A stretch of 64,000 bases of DNA from Octopus bimaculoides (GCF_001194135.2 NC_068988.1:92199539-92263538), one strand, 5' to 3'; counted from the stretch's first letter, positions 1 to 14,251 are shown. The notes: generated by a model from the sequence alone, not told the origin. Program-made: numbers and translations.

Positions 1-463
1 GAAATCGAACTAAATTCGACGACTGGCACCCATGCCAACGTTGTCTCCTTCATTGGACATGAAACTCAGCTTGCGAAGACCTGTTGGGGCAAGTGAAATC
101 GTGATGGCACCTGTGTCCAGCGTCGCCTTTCTGGCACTTGTGCCCGCAGCATGTGTAAGGAAATTCGAGTGAGATTGTTGCCAATGCCCCTGGACTGGCT
201 CATGTGTGGGTGGCACATAAAATACACCATTTTGAGCGTGGCCGTTGCCAGTATCGCCTGACTGGCCTTCGTGCCGGTGACACGTAAAAGCACCCACTAC
301 ACTCTTGGAGTGGTTGGCGTTAGGAAGGGCATCCAGCCATAGAAACTCTGCCAAATCAGATTGGAGCCTGGTGTAGCCTTCAGGTTCCACCAGTCCTCAG
401 TCAAATCGTCCAACCCATGCTAGCATGGAAAGTGGATGCTAAACGATGATGATGATGATGATG
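1..463 (+). mobile_element. (GAT)n-tailed retroposon 3' part (working family E)
   Basis: Contains TAAAAGCACCCACTACACTC..GGAGTGGTTGGCGTTAGGAAGGGCATCCAGC..CCAACCCATGCTAGCATGGAAAG..TAAACGATGATGATG. The same motif recurs at 13020, 39780(-), 42630 and 46970. Confidence 0.8.
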
Positions 464-584
464 ATATATATTAAGAAGTTCAAAATGTGTGTGTATAAAC
501 ACACACACATGTGCACTCACACACAAGTACACTCACACATATGTGCACTCACACACATGTGCACTTGCACACACATACACACAC

Positions 585-950
585 ACACTATGTGGTTAAG
601 AAGCTTGCTTTGTAACTATATGGTTACAAACTCAGTCCTTCTGTATGGCACCCTGGACAAGTGTCTTCTACTATAGCCCCAATAACATAGGGCTGGCCAA
701 TGCCTTGTGAATGAATTTGGTAAATGGACATTGTGTGTATATATATATACCTATGTGTGTGTGTGTGTGTGTTATTGTGTTTATGCATCACCCTCTCCAC
801 CATTGCTTCACAACTGGTGTTGGTTTCTTTATAGATTTTGGCAAAAGGACCAATAGAATAAGCGCTGGCATCGATTTGTTCTACTAAAATCTCCATGGCA
901 GTGCCCCAGCATTGACATGCTCCTGTGACTGAAACAAATGAATGATAAAA
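585..950 (+). mobile_element. tRNA-headed SINE with internal microsatellite (working family D), decayed
   Basis: Head TGTGGTTAAGAAGCTTGCT..CAGTCC..GGCACCCTGGACAAGTGTCTTCTACTATAGC, internal (TA)/(TG) tract and tail GACTGAAACAA..AAAAG. Many copies occur in the window. Confidence 0.7.
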
Positions 951-1331
951 GACACACACATGTACACACACGTATACATGCACATACACTCATACACAGA
1001 CATAATGGACTTGCTATTGTGAATGTTCTTCACATAGAATTAATGTGTGAAATGTCTAAGTGTTGCACCAGATACATGTACCCTTCCCATTAATTCTCAT
1101 TTATAATCAGTGTAGTACAGTGTGACAGAGTGGCCCCTTTGAAATACGGGCACAATTTATTCAATGGGCTTCTACATAGTTTCTATTTATCCAAATTCAT
1201 TCACAATGCTTGAGCTAACCCAAGACTGTAGTAATGAACATTTACTGAATATGCCTTATGGTGGAGTCAAAACCAGGACCTTATGGCTCCAAAATGAACT
1301 TCTCAGTCATGTTTGTATACACACACACACA

Positions 1332-1370
<39 letters not shown>

Positions 1371-1756
1371 ACTCATACATATATAATTAATATGTTATGT
1401 TGACTGATTGAATTAAAAATATCTCAAGGCACGTACATTAAAATAAACATATTTTACTGGTAATTTTAATGTGATTTTAATGTATATGCCTTGAGTTGTT
1501 TTTAATTCAGATGGTCTACATAACAGTATATTTAATTTATATTGTTTTGAATCGTTTTTCTAAGGTGAACTCTGGTAGATTTTGTTGCAGTCCAATTAGT
1601 CTGATACACACACATATAAAACACAGAATTTGTGTATGATTAAGAAGTTGGCTTCCCCAATGTGTAGCTTCCAGTTCAGTCCCACTGCAAAGCACATTGG
1701 ATGAATGCTGACCAAACCTTTTGAGTGAATTTAGTTGACCAAACCTGCAAGAAGTC

Positions 1757-1873
<117 letters not shown>

Positions 1874-1988
1874 CACACATATATGCATGTGTGTGTATAC
1901 ATATATGTATGTGTATATAAATATATATATACACACAGATACATACACACACCCACACATATCATCATTATTGTTTAACATCCTTCTT

Positions 1989-2028
<40 letters not shown>

Positions 2029-2039
2029 TGCTCATTCAT

Positions 2040-2103
<64 letters not shown>

Positions 2104-2189
2104 TTGCCTTCTTGCTTGCTCCATATTCTTGCTTGATGGGGCTGGGGTCAACCCAGGTTAGTGGTCCCAGAGATGTCATTGTGCATAGA

Positions 2190-3060
2190 GCCAACTAGGT
2201 CTGCCAGTGCTCCCTATCACTGACAGTCCTGTTCCAACCCCTCTACATCCTCCAATATGACATTGAGCCTCTGGTGATCTTTCTTAATCATGTCCAACCA
2301 TCTGGTGCACAACCTGCCACAGGGCTACTTCCAGCCCAAAGCTCCTGCATTGAGGGAGAATAACACTCTGGTAAGATAATCTGGTGGGAGACGGAGGACA
2401 TGTCCAAATAAGTCATGTAGCAGACAGCTATGCGGCGAAAGGCCATGAGCTGATGTGTGCAGTGCACACAACTCTTTGTTGGAAATGTGATGGTGCCATC
2501 TGATGTTCTCAATGGTTCTGAGGGCTCTGCTATTGAAGTCATTGATCTTCTTTGTTGGGGTCTTTATGGGAGACCTTGTTTCTGCTCCATAGAGGAGAAT
2601 GGAGAAGACCAACATATTGTAGATGCAGAGCTCTGTCTTCCAGGAGATAGAGCAGTGGCACCAAAGGGGCTTCCAAAGAAAGTACATGACACCAGTGGCC
2701 AGACCACATCTGTGGTTGATCTCTAGGATCAGGCTTCTGTTGTTGGTGACTATGGAGTCCAGGTAGATGAAGGAACTGACAAACTCCATGACTTTGGGGC
2801 CTATATGGAGAGCAGGAGGGTCTGGTCCATCACTGACATGTATCAGCTTTGTCTTCACCCAACTCACCTGAAGGCCAAGCTTTGCTGATTCCTCTCAGTG
2901 TGTCAGTGTGTCCCTGAGCTGGTCAATTGAGTTGATGAATAGGGCAGTATCATCTGCATATTCAAGGTTAGTAAGGTAGTAGTCCCCAAAAGTAATGCCA
3001 GAGACTCACTCATAGACCTTGGTCATCAGATAATTGATGATACAGGTGAAGAGGTTGGGG
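2190..3060 (-). mobile_element. RTE-clade LINE fragment (RT C-terminal half), pseudogenised
   Basis: Minus strand reads PNLFTCII..LEYADDTALF..LGLQVSWVKTK..FIYLDS..ILLYGAET..RALRTIENIRWHHHISNKEL. This has the YADD motif and an RTE-type tail, with in-frame stops. Confidence 0.9.
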
Positions 3061-3090
3061 TAGAGTGTATATATATATACCACGCTAATA

Positions 3091-3555
3091 CAGTAACACC
3101 TTGGTATAGAAGTTAATTTGTTCCCAGAGACTGCTCGTAAAGGGAAAACTCATAAAGCAGAGCAATAATTTCTCATAGTAGCAATGTTATAAATTGTAAT
3201 TCATAAAAATTTTACTTATAAAATTTATACTCATAAATAAATGGCATTAAAACAGCAGTAGAATATAAAGAATATTTTATGTAAAGTAAAAAGAATGTCA
3301 AGATCATTTATAATAAAAAAAAATTATTGTTATAATCGTTTTCTGAATCACTTTCACTCGCACTGGACTCATGCATACCATCTCTTGTAGATGCAAATGC
3401 CACTCTCTATAAATTTCCCGGTAACATGCAGAAGCATCTGTTATGATAGTAGAAACTTTTACATTTCATTTAAAATTTGCATCTTGTGCTTGAAAAATAA
3501 AATTCATAAACCTGGGGTCTGATAAAGTGGGTCCTCATAAAGTGAGGTATATAAA
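3091..3555. mobile_element. pogo/Tigger-like MITE, decayed
   Basis: Starts TA|CAGTAACACCTTGGTATA..TTAATTTGTTCC and ends CTCATAAAGTGAGGTAT, resembling Tigger-type termini. The right TIR is eroded. Confidence 0.45.
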
Positions 3556-4355
3556 TATATGTGTATATATACATCTTAAAAGTTCAAGATTCAAGGGAAT
3601 TAGGTCCTTAAATAGTAAAGCACCAAGATCAGGTCAATGAAATCACTATTGTGTACAAAACAAAATCAGAACATATATGTACATACCAGAGTAAAGACAG
3701 ATTTGTATTCCATTCTCTGGCCAAAATTCATCAGGGAATCAAGAAATGGCACATATTTGGATTCATAGAGTGTTTTTTTTTTAATGTTTTATTCATGCAT
3801 GTTATTCACCTGATGAAAATAGTTTTTTGTTCACATGATGTAATAACTCTATTCATCAATAAAAAAAAATCACATCTGAAACAGCTGTAGTGAATGAACC
3901 ACTATCTATCTGTTGTTATTTGTTTATATATATAAATAAGGATAAGATCGATATTTAAATAATGATTTTATCAAGTGTCCAGCATGGGAATAAAAACCAT
4001 CAAAAGGAACAATTATTTAAAATTATAATTTAGGGTATCTAAGAGATACCGCCATGCTGAAAATAGCAGCCAAATCTTGACTCGAAACCACTATAAATTT
4101 TCATATGGCACCAGGGGCGAAGACGAAGAAACAAAATAAACTACCAAAAATTACTGGATAATTCCAGATCCCAGATTTCTGGATTTGCATAAGAAATGCT
4201 TTGCCTCATCAGTGGAATACACTCAGAAAAGCACATAAATACAAATATTGCACCTTGTTTTTTTGCCACGTCATGTACCCAGTTATGTATCTATATGTAC
4301 ATGTAGATGAACGTATATACATACATGTACATATATATGCATATACTCATATATT

Positions 4356-4389
<34 letters not shown>

Positions 4390-4661
4390 ATACGATATAC
4401 GAACATATAATACATATGATATACTTACATAGACGAACGTATACATACACGTATGCACACGACCAGTTTAAATTGCCCGCCTAAGAACTCCTCATGCGAT
4501 ATGGTCAGAATATCACCGCAGTAAATATAATGACGAAATAAATTTATATAAATAAGGATAAGATCGATTTACTGCGATCGATTTACTTATTTTTCGATTT
4601 ACTTATTTTTCGAGCACCTTCCGGAGTATTCGAACGGTTCCAAGCAGTGCTNNNNNNNNNN

Positions 4662-4701
<40 letters not shown>

Positions 4702-5485
4702 CATTCATATACATATATATATCAATCTGTGTATTGCAGATATATTATTGAAAGCCTAATTAATGCGGTATTTATCTTGATGTAGTACCTCTTAAAGATG
4801 TACAATGTCCAAAATCACGAAAATATATCAGTAGCAAATGAAAATCTTCCAGCAACCATGATGGCATTGTGAAATGTGTATTTCTGCCTCTTTGAGCTTC
4901 ATCAGTTGCAAGTATTCATTGGTAACAGCATGCTAAGTGAAAATCAGCTGTTACTGATATTGTAAAACAGTGGTTGAAAAGTCACTGATGTTGCAATTAG
5001 CTGGCAAGGAGAAAAAATATTCATTAAGTGCAATAAAAGTCAATCACATCTCTCCCAGTATTTAACTGGCATGCTATTTTATTGATCTTGAAAGAACAAA
5101 AGGCAAAGTTGATCCTGATCTCAGAATGTAAAGAACTGGAAGAAATGCCTACAGAGACATTGAGCATACTTCAGCAAGCAATGTGACTATTTCGAAGGAG
5201 ACGATGTTAAAACTTAGGCAAATAAGTTACTTTTTATTAAACATAACTAGTCCAAGATCATTTTGATACCACCTCATATAATAAGGAATTGAATTAGTTT
5301 ATTCTATTTGACTTGAGTCAGAAATTCTGGAAACATGCATTGCCTCTAAGTGCAACACAAAAGATATATAAATTTATATATGTGTGTGTGTGTGTCTATG
5401 TCAGCAGCATCATCATCGTCATCATTTAATCTGTTTTCCATGCTAGCATGGGTTGGATCTAATTGCAACACAAAAGATATATAAA

Positions 5486-5532
<47 letters not shown>

Positions 5533-6464
5533 TCATCATCATCATTGTCATCATTTAATCTGTTTTCCATGCAAGCATGGGTTGGATCACGTGTGTGTGT
5601 GTGTGTGTATGTATATANNNNNNNNNNNNNNNNNNNNNNNNNNNNNNNNNNNNNNNNNNNNNNNNNNNNNNNNNNNNNNNNNNNNNNNNNNNNNNNNNNN
5701 NNNNNNNNNNNNNNNNNNNNNNNNNNNNNNNNNNNNNNNNNNNNNNNNNNNNNNNNNNNNNNNNNNNNNNNNNNNNNNNNNNNNNNNNNNNNNNNNNNNN
5801 NNNNNNNNNNNNNNNNNNNNNNNNNNNNNNNNNNNNNNNNNNNNNNNNNNNNNNNNNNNNNNNNNNNNNNNNNNNNNNNNNNNNNNNNNNNNNNNNNNNN
5901 NNNNNNNNNNNNNNNNNNNNNNNNNNNNNNNNNNNNNNNNNNNNNNNNNNNNNNNNNNNNNNNNNNNNNNNNNNNNNNNNNNNNNNNNNNNNNNNNNNNN
6001 NNNNNNNNNNNNNNNNNNNNNNNNNNNNNNNNNNNNNNNNNNNNNNNNNNNNNNNNNNNNNNNNNNNNNNNNNNNNNNNNNNNNNNNNNNNNNNNNNNNN
6101 NNNNNNNNNNNNNNNNNNNNNNNNNNNNNNNNNNNNNNNNNNNNNNNNNNNNNNNNNNNNNNNNNNNNNNNNNNNNNNNNNNNNNNNNNNNNNNNNNNNN
6201 NNNNNNNNNNNNNNNNNNNNNNNNNNNNNNNNNNNNNNNNNNNNNNNNNNNNNNNNNNNNNNNNNNNNNNNNNNNNNNNNNNNNNNNNNNNNNNNNNNNN
6301 NNNNNNNNNNNNNNNNNNNNNNNNNNNNNNNNNNNNNNNNNNNNNNNNNNNNNNNNNNNNNNNNNNNNNNNNNNNNNNNNNNNNNNNNNNNNNNNNNNNN
6401 NNNNNNNNNNNNNNNNNNNNNNNNNNNNNNNNNNNNNNNNNNNNNNNNNNNNNNNNNNNNNNNN

Positions 6465-6514
<50 letters not shown>

Positions 6515-8426
6515 TTAAATTGATTCTTCCCTCTAGTTCTGCTTTCTTCATTATTACTCTTATCACTTTTAAATCTAATTCTTGTTATCTTCTCAGTTTC
6601 TGTTTTGATGTTTTTACAATTACCAAGTCAAAATATATTTTGACATGTCATATTGTTGCTGTGTTTTTTTTTATTATCTGCTATCATCAGAATATAACTG
6701 ATAGTATTGTCAAACATGTGGCTGACTTTGTCACCAAAAATGCAGCTAGCTGACTTACTTTCCAAAATATGTAGTTAACTTTTTGCCAAACATGTAGCTG
6801 ACTACTTTATCAAACATGTAATTGGTGTCATCATCAAACAAGTATTCATCAACCATGTAGCTATATTTTCTATCAAATCTGTACATAATAATGTAGGAGT
6901 CATCATTGCCAAACATGTATAGTTGCAGGCATGGTTGTGTGGTGAAGAAGTTCACTTCCCCATCATGTAGTTTCAAGTTCAATTCTACTCATTGGTACCT
7001 TAGTGTCTTCTACTAAGACCCCAGGTTGGCCAAAGTCATGTGAATGAATTTAGTTGACAGAAATTGAAAGAAGCCCATCGTATAAGTGTGTTTGTGTGTG
7101 GGTGGGTGTGTGTGTGTGTGTGTGTGTATGTTTGTGTACTTGTGTGTGCATATAGTTTGGCATGTGTGTGTATGCATTTGTATCTCATTGTCTTGAGATT
7201 AAATGAAAGTTGTAAACATGTGTCATTGTCATACAAGTGATGCCTTTCATTTTCAGTCTTCTGTGGAGGCATGTTCAACCACAGGGAAGTATTACCTTGC
7301 TTGAAAACAGGTGAGGGTTGGTGACAGGAAGGGTATCCAGTTGTAAAAAATCTGCCCCACTGAATTCCACCTGAACCATGCAAGTATTAAAAAGTGAACA
7401 TAAAAATATTGATGAAGATGTCTGTAATTACTAATGCAGTATCGTCATCATCATCCAGTGTTTTAAATCCTGGTTTTGTCCCTGTTAACAGGGGTGACCG
7501 GATCTACCTTAATGCCACAGCATCTGAGGCAGGTAGGTGCAGCCCACTCCAACCTTTGAGCTGGCTGGCTGGCTGGTGCCCATTCTCCCTTGCTATCATG
7601 AGGCTTTTTGAGAGCTAGATTTTCTACAGGGAATATGCCTTTGCTTATCCACAACCTCAGTTTCTAGACATGAGTGGTCCCGAGACCAAGGACTCTACCA
7701 TGATTTTAAAGAAATGTGGTGGAAAACTAGCTCAGGAAGGCAGGGACACAACTCCCTGAGACCCTTTTCAGAGCCCCCCTAATTACTAAAATACTAATTA
7801 GTTACTACTGCAGTTAAATTTATAAACAGTTTCAAATTTTGATACAAGGTTAGCAATCTTTAACGGGAGGAATAAGTCAGTCACATCACTTCCAGTATTT
7901 AACTGGCATGCTGTTTTATTGATCTTGAAAGAACAAACGGCAAAGTTGATCTTGAACTCGGAATGTAAAAAACTGGAAGAAATACCACAAAGCATTTTGT
8001 CTGCCGTGCTAACAATTCTGCCAGCTCGCTGCCTTAGGTGGGTGATTGCTTGGGTTAAATGTATAAATAGTAATTTAGATCTGCCCATGCTCATTTCCTT
8101 CCCTCTTCTACCACCCATTTTTCATGACTCCTCTCTTCTTTTAAATCACAATGCTTGAGTAATTAATTATTGCAGCAGATCTTTTTGTACTTGATACACT
8201 TGTCTTCCTACTCTATATACTGTTTGCCCACACTCCTTAATCTTCACATCCCTACTTTTCTGAAATCCACCATTCTCTAATCAACTAACATCATTCTGTG
8301 TTCCTAGTCTTTATGTTGGTATCTATCACATGCTTTCCTCATTAGCAAACCTCATTAACTCTCACCCATCATGATGCCTGAGTAATGCAGGTTGCATCAG
8401 ATCTGATAGAATTGGATACACCTTGC

Positions 8427-8522
<96 letters not shown>

Positions 8523-8809
8523 CAACTAACATTTACTGTCTTTCGCTATTCTTCTTCAGATCACCTCTTTATCGATTTTATTGATACCCCTCTCTCTTAA
8601 CATTACCCTTCTATACAGCTACTAACTACTCTCTTTCTCTCCACCTACCTCTTACCCATGAGACCACTCATCCATCACATGTGATTGACTTCCATCACAT
8701 TATTTTTTGTTCTATCTTGGGAGGGTCATTATACTAACAACACACACACTGGCTCATTTCAGACCATTACAACTAAGTCTTATCAATCCAGCAAAAAATT
8801 CATGTAAAG

Positions 8810-9660
8810 TGATAATGGTGTGTGTAGCTGATGCTATAGTCAGTGATGTAGATGGTATTATTGCTAACACTATAGGTAATGATATAAATAATAATGTTGT
8901 CGACTATATTATTAATTATGAAACTAGTAATGTAGTTGACATTATAGTCTAACATGTAAATAGTAAAGTAGCCAACACNNNNNNNNNNNNNNNNNNNNNN
9001 NNNNNNNNNNNNNNNNNNNNNNNNNNNNNNNNNNNNNNNNNNNNNNNNNNNNNNNNNNNNNNNNNNNNNNNNNNNNNNNNNNNNNNNNNNNNNNNNNNNN
9101 NNNNNNNNNNNNNNNNNNNNNNNNNNNNNNNNNNNNNNNNNNNNNNNNNNNNNNNNNNNNNNNNNNNNNNNNNNNNNNNNNNNNNNNNNNNNNNNNNNNN
9201 NNNNNNNNNNNNNNNNNNNNNNNNNNNNNNNNNNNNNNNNNNNNNNNNNNNNNNACTATAGTCTATGATATAAATAGTAACATAGCTAACTCTATAGTAT
9301 GTGGTATAAATAGTAATGTAGCTGACACTGTAGTCTATGATATAAATAGTAATGTAGCTGAAATTACAGTCTATAATATAAACTGTAATGTTACTGACAG
9401 TATAGTCTATTGTATAAATAGCAATGTAACTGGCACTATAATATGTGATATAAATAGTAATGTAACTGACATAATAATTTATGGTATAAATATTAATGTG
9501 CCTGACTCTATAGGTAATGATATAAATAATAATGTTGTCGACTATATTATTAATTATGAAACTAGTAATGTAGTTGACATTATAGTCTAACATGTAAATA
9601 GTAAAGTAGCCAACACTATAAAGAATTATATGTATAGTACTCATGTCAACCATGAAGCTG
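8810..9660. repeat. 36-bp minisatellite array spanning an assembly gap
   Basis: Unit ~AAATAGTAATGTAGCTGACACTATAGTCTATGATAT; period 36 measured (9308 to 9344). Confidence 0.9.
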
Positions 9661-10185
9661 ATAGTCTCATTAAATGTCAAGGTAAATCTCTCTAAAGCCC
9701 CTGGAGGATAATTCAGTCTCATTCTCAGCTTCAGTTTCAATGAGTTTAATGGATAAGAGGTGATTTGTCTTCCTTTGATAGCATGTTTGTCTATGGCCAT
9801 CAACATTCTGAGACCCACACCATACTGGAACTTATTAATTCCATTAAATCTGTGAATGAATTTCCATGTGGTCAGTACACCTGTCAAGAAATTGCAGTGA
9901 ATTTTCTCTTGCAGGAAATCTCAGCCATCATGAAAAGGGAAGGACATGTAGGATAATGTAGTTATACATCAGTTGGGTGATATGGTCATATTTGAAAATG
10001 TCTATGACAATAGGTCTTCTCAATTAGAGTAGACCTAGCATTAAACAACAAATATAGGAGCCTGTTCTTCACAGCTCATTGTTCTGTGGCATGTGGAATT
10101 TACTGGCTTGTCCAGATATAGATAAAAGGTTTGCAAAAGCTGGAAATCAAGAACAGAGTTTGTTGCAATCCTATACAATATTTAA

Positions 10186-11126
10186 CCCTTTTGTTACCAT
10201 ATTGCTGTTGAAATACAATGTCTTTATTCCAATTTATTTTGAAAATAATGTACAATTTAGTAAAATAATTTCATCATTATTAAGATGATGTCTTGAACAT
10301 AAATGAACATGATGTCTTGAGTGTAAGTTTTAATTTAGAACACTTTAAGATGGGAAGTTTGCATCATGGATCCAGAAGTGGTGTTTAGTGGATTAGTGTT
10401 ATGACGTGGATATACATGTCTGATGTAAACTGGTATTACACAAATAAATAGTTGGTTGTGGTTATCTAAAAAATAACCTATCACAGAAATATGTGTTAGC
10501 ATAGAACGCACTCCATACTACTTGAACATAGGATGATACTCAGTATTCACTGTTCAACTGTTGTTGGCACTCCGTCGCTCATGAAGTCGAGGGTTCCAGT
10601 TGATCCAATCAACAGAACAGCCTGCTCGTGAAATTAACGTGCAAGTGGCTGAGCACTCCACAGACACGTGTACCCTTAACGTAGTTCTCGGGGATATTCA
10701 GCGTGACACAGTGTGACAAGGCTGACTCTTTGAATTACAGGTTCAACAGAAACAGGAAGTAAGAGTGAGAGAAAGTTGTGGTGAAAGAATACAGCAGGGT
10801 TCGCCACCATCCTCTACCGAAGCCTTGTGAAGCTTTAGGTGTTTTCGCTCAATAAACACTCACATCGCCCGGTCTGGGAATCGAAACCGCGATCCTATGA
10901 CTGCGAGTCTGCTGCCCTAACCACTGGGCCATTGCACCTCCACTGTTCAACTACTGACGGTTAAACCAACACACATCGAACCAACATGGTTAGCCAACGC
11001 AGTTGAATTAACCCCATCAACTCCTCTCTTGGCAGTTCACTCAGTTCTTATTTATTGTAACCAATTAGTCCACCCTCAGTCATGTGGGGTGTTCAGGATT
11101 CTCCCATAACAGTTAGTATCAAAGGG
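10186..11126. mobile_element. piggyBac-like non-autonomous element (TTAA|CCC..GGG|TTAA) carrying a nested SINE
   Basis: TTAA at 10182-10185 and 11127-11130; termini CCCTTTTGTTAC and GTATCAAAGGG. Confidence 0.6.
10560..10940 (-). mobile_element. tRNA-headed SINE (working family A), full length
   Basis: Reverse complement of the 14252 copy. 12-bp TSD CACTGTTCAACT at 10548-10559 and 10941-10952; (AAC)n tail. Confidence 0.92.
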
Positions 11127-11704
11127 TTAATATGAATATTTTCCTTTTACTTAACGAACATATAACTGTGTGATCAAACACCTAGCTGCATCATCAAACA
11201 TGTCAATGTGCCATCAAACATGCAAATTTGTTATGAAAACATGTAACTATGGTATCAAACATCTAGTCATTGACAAAACCATTTCCTCTATGTATTTTAG
11301 GCTTCTTCCAAGTTTTGCAAACTTATCCATGTGTTATAGACTTCCTCAAAGTTATGTAAACTCCTTGCAGACGTTATAGAGCTGCTGTGCTGAAGTTGTA
11401 TGTAAATCACTTGGGTGTTGTGACCTTTGGATGTTTCAAATATTTTAGAAGGAGGTAACTACCAACATCTGCCACATTATGGCTATCTCAAGTAACAGGA
11501 ATTTGTGCTTGCAGAAATTGTAAATTATGACTAATAATTTGAGGATATGGTCTGTAATTTTGCTCTTAAATAAATTTTAAGAATTTAAAGACTATACTTT
11601 GTTCTTAGCCAAAAGGCTGCTACTTCATGCGTTAGCTGACATCAAAGTAGTTTAAAAATTTGTAAAACTATAATCATGATACATATATATGTATTATATA
11701 ATGG

Positions 11705-11772
<68 letters not shown>

Positions 11773-13019
11773 GTAAGTGTTTATGTATGCATCTCTATCA
11801 ATATTTATGGGATGTGAGATTGAATTTTTCACTGAGAATATTTGAGCATGTTTGTGTATATTTCCTTGGGTCACAATGAGCAACTATCTATTTGTCCGTC
11901 TGTCTAGACAAACCTTCACCAATATTATCATCAGCACCAATGCAATCAGCATCAGGACCAAGAACCAATGCAACACCACCACTATCAACCCACCATCTCC
12001 TTAATGAGCAGTAACAACAACAGCACCAACAGTATGAAAAAGATAAGTAACTCCACATAAAATATAAATCAATTACATGAGAGAATATGTTACTTTAGTG
12101 CATTTTAAGTGTTGATTGAAATGTGTTTGATCTTAGGTCAACAACAATTAACACAAGACTAAACAGCAATAGCAATACAAGTAAAAAGAACAAATGACCA
12201 CTGCCACCACCAACAATTCCTCCACCATCACTAACACCAAAACCATTACAACCAACCCACCGACTTTTGAATAATCAATTGGCAACAACAATGATAGAAT
12301 TAGTATTATAGCAATGTATGTAGCTACATATGTGGTATGTCAGTACACTGGTGTATGTGTGTGAGTATATGTTTAAGCAGAGTGTGGAGTTTTTATGGCT
12401 CAAGTCAGAAGTGCAAGGAGCAAAGAGCAATGAACCCAGTAACTCTTCAACTAACTTTAATCACCCAGTAATTCCTCCCATCTCACTCCTTCAGTCTTTC
12501 ATCTTCTCATTTTCATTCTTACGTCCATAGGAATAAGACAATAGTGGTTTGTTCTCACAAAACAGTTCTTTTCTGATGTTCTTTGCCAATGTCCTGCTAC
12601 TTATGTTTTGACCTTCGAACCTCAAGGGTATGCTCCGGCACTTACCACCATCTCTCTCTCTCTTTTTTTTACTCAACCATCCCATTTATACTTTGATCCT
12701 TGTCCCTTGTGAGTATGACCAGCACTTTGTCATCATCTCTCTCTTGCTCTCTCTTGTACTCTTTCTGTCTCCTTCTCTCTCTCTCTCTCTCCTCCTGCTC
12801 TTCTCTTGGGATGGGTAACCATGTATCGCCTTTATAGCAGCATGCTTCTTTCTGTCCTCATTCTTGATCTCTCTTCCCACCAAGCCAGGTAACATTGTAC
12901 CTCTTCTACAGTAAGACACCTGTTTCTCTCTCTCTCTATCTCACTATAACCTTTCATCATCTGGCACAAGATCCTCCTCCTCCTATGCCCCCTCCCCTCT
13001 AAAAGGATTTTTGTCTTGC

Positions 13020-13325
13020 AAGATACTTGGTGACTCTGCCAGCGCTGATGCCACGTAAAAAGCATCCAGTCCACACTGCAAGGTAGTTGGCATTTGGAAT
13101 GGCATCCAGCTGTAAAAATCTTGCCAAGACTGACTTTGTCTGTGCTTGTGCCACATGAAAAGCACTCAGTCCACTCTGCTGGGTGGTTGGTGTTAGGAAG
13201 GGTATCCAGCTGTAAAAACCCTACCAAAACAAACTCAAAAATCTGGTGCACGCTCCTGCCTGACCGGCTCCTGTCAGACCATTCAACCCATGCCAGCATG
13301 GAAGGCAGATGCTAAAAGATGATGA
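13020..13325 (+). mobile_element. family E retroposon tail (partly duplicated)
   Basis: GTTAGGAAGGGTATCCAGCTGTAAAAA..AACCCATGCCAGCATGGAAGGCAGATGCTAAAAGATGATGA. Confidence 0.7.
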
Positions 13326-14251
13326 GTTTACAATGAACTTAGTTGCTACACTGAGCTGTACAAAGAGATAATGCACCACAAACATCAAACAACTATTGAT
13401 AAGTTCTTCTCTCAACTTGATGTTGATTACGCTGAACTAGGAGACAGAAGACAGTGTCCCTCACCCTCCCAGTAACTCTCATTCCACCACCACTACCATC
13501 ACCATCCTTCACTTAGTAGTCAACATCTTTCGTGGTAAGGATGTACCCTATTATGCTATTACAGTTCTTATTTATTCCCTAATGTATTCCTCTTCAAATG
13601 TTTTTATGTATACATATTGTACTATGAACATTTAGAAATCATTTTCATACATAAACGTGGTCACGCTGCTTAGTTTCTGTTATTGTCCTTTCAAAAAATT
13701 TGTCAGAAACTCTATCGCTTTTATAGCATGAAAATCAATCGGAAAAATAATTTTGTGTTATGGGATTTCATGTTATGACAAGTTTTTCAAGGAATGTATT
13801 ATTCCAGTAATGTGGGGGATTTTTGCAAGTAGTTAATAGCAGTGACCCAATTACCTGTCTCAAACAACTCAAAAGATGAAGTCAAGGAAAGCCAGGATTG
13901 GTGAAGCTCTGTGTAATTAACTGACTTAAGGTATCAGGAGAGTTTAGTGGACTGTGTTTATTATATAAGAGGATGTCATGAGATGACCTGCTTTGATATG
14001 GCAGTGATCAAATGGTCGATCGTAGCTGACACAATAACAGTTGATGAAGTTGAATTTCAAAGCAAAAGTACAGGTACGTTTGGAGCATCAGTGAGATTAA
14101 CTGATGCAGTTTGATGCAATTATTTAAACTCTGGTCAGACCTATGGTCAAAGACAATCCAGGAGAGAAGAACCCGTCTTTGATTTTGTCATGGTATACTC
14201 AGGACTATGTTAACCAATGTCCTTCTTTTCTAAGACATTAGGGTGTGATTT

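Noticed and set aside
4070-4098. Kozak-perfect ACCGCCATG start
   Set aside because: The frame closes after 8 codons, and the downstream motif GCT(G/A)GAAATAGCAGCCAAATCT also occurs at 16054, so it is repeat-derived.
5453-6753. Long ORFs of 300-400 aa
   Set aside because: They are N-runs read as X plus microsatellites. The same applies at 8949-9887, 19244-20113, 24763-25083 and 40436-40887.
13917-14073. Open frame ending at CAG|GTACGT (..AVIKWSIVADTITVDEVEFQSKST)
   Set aside because: There is no convincing polypyrimidine acceptor and no recognised family.
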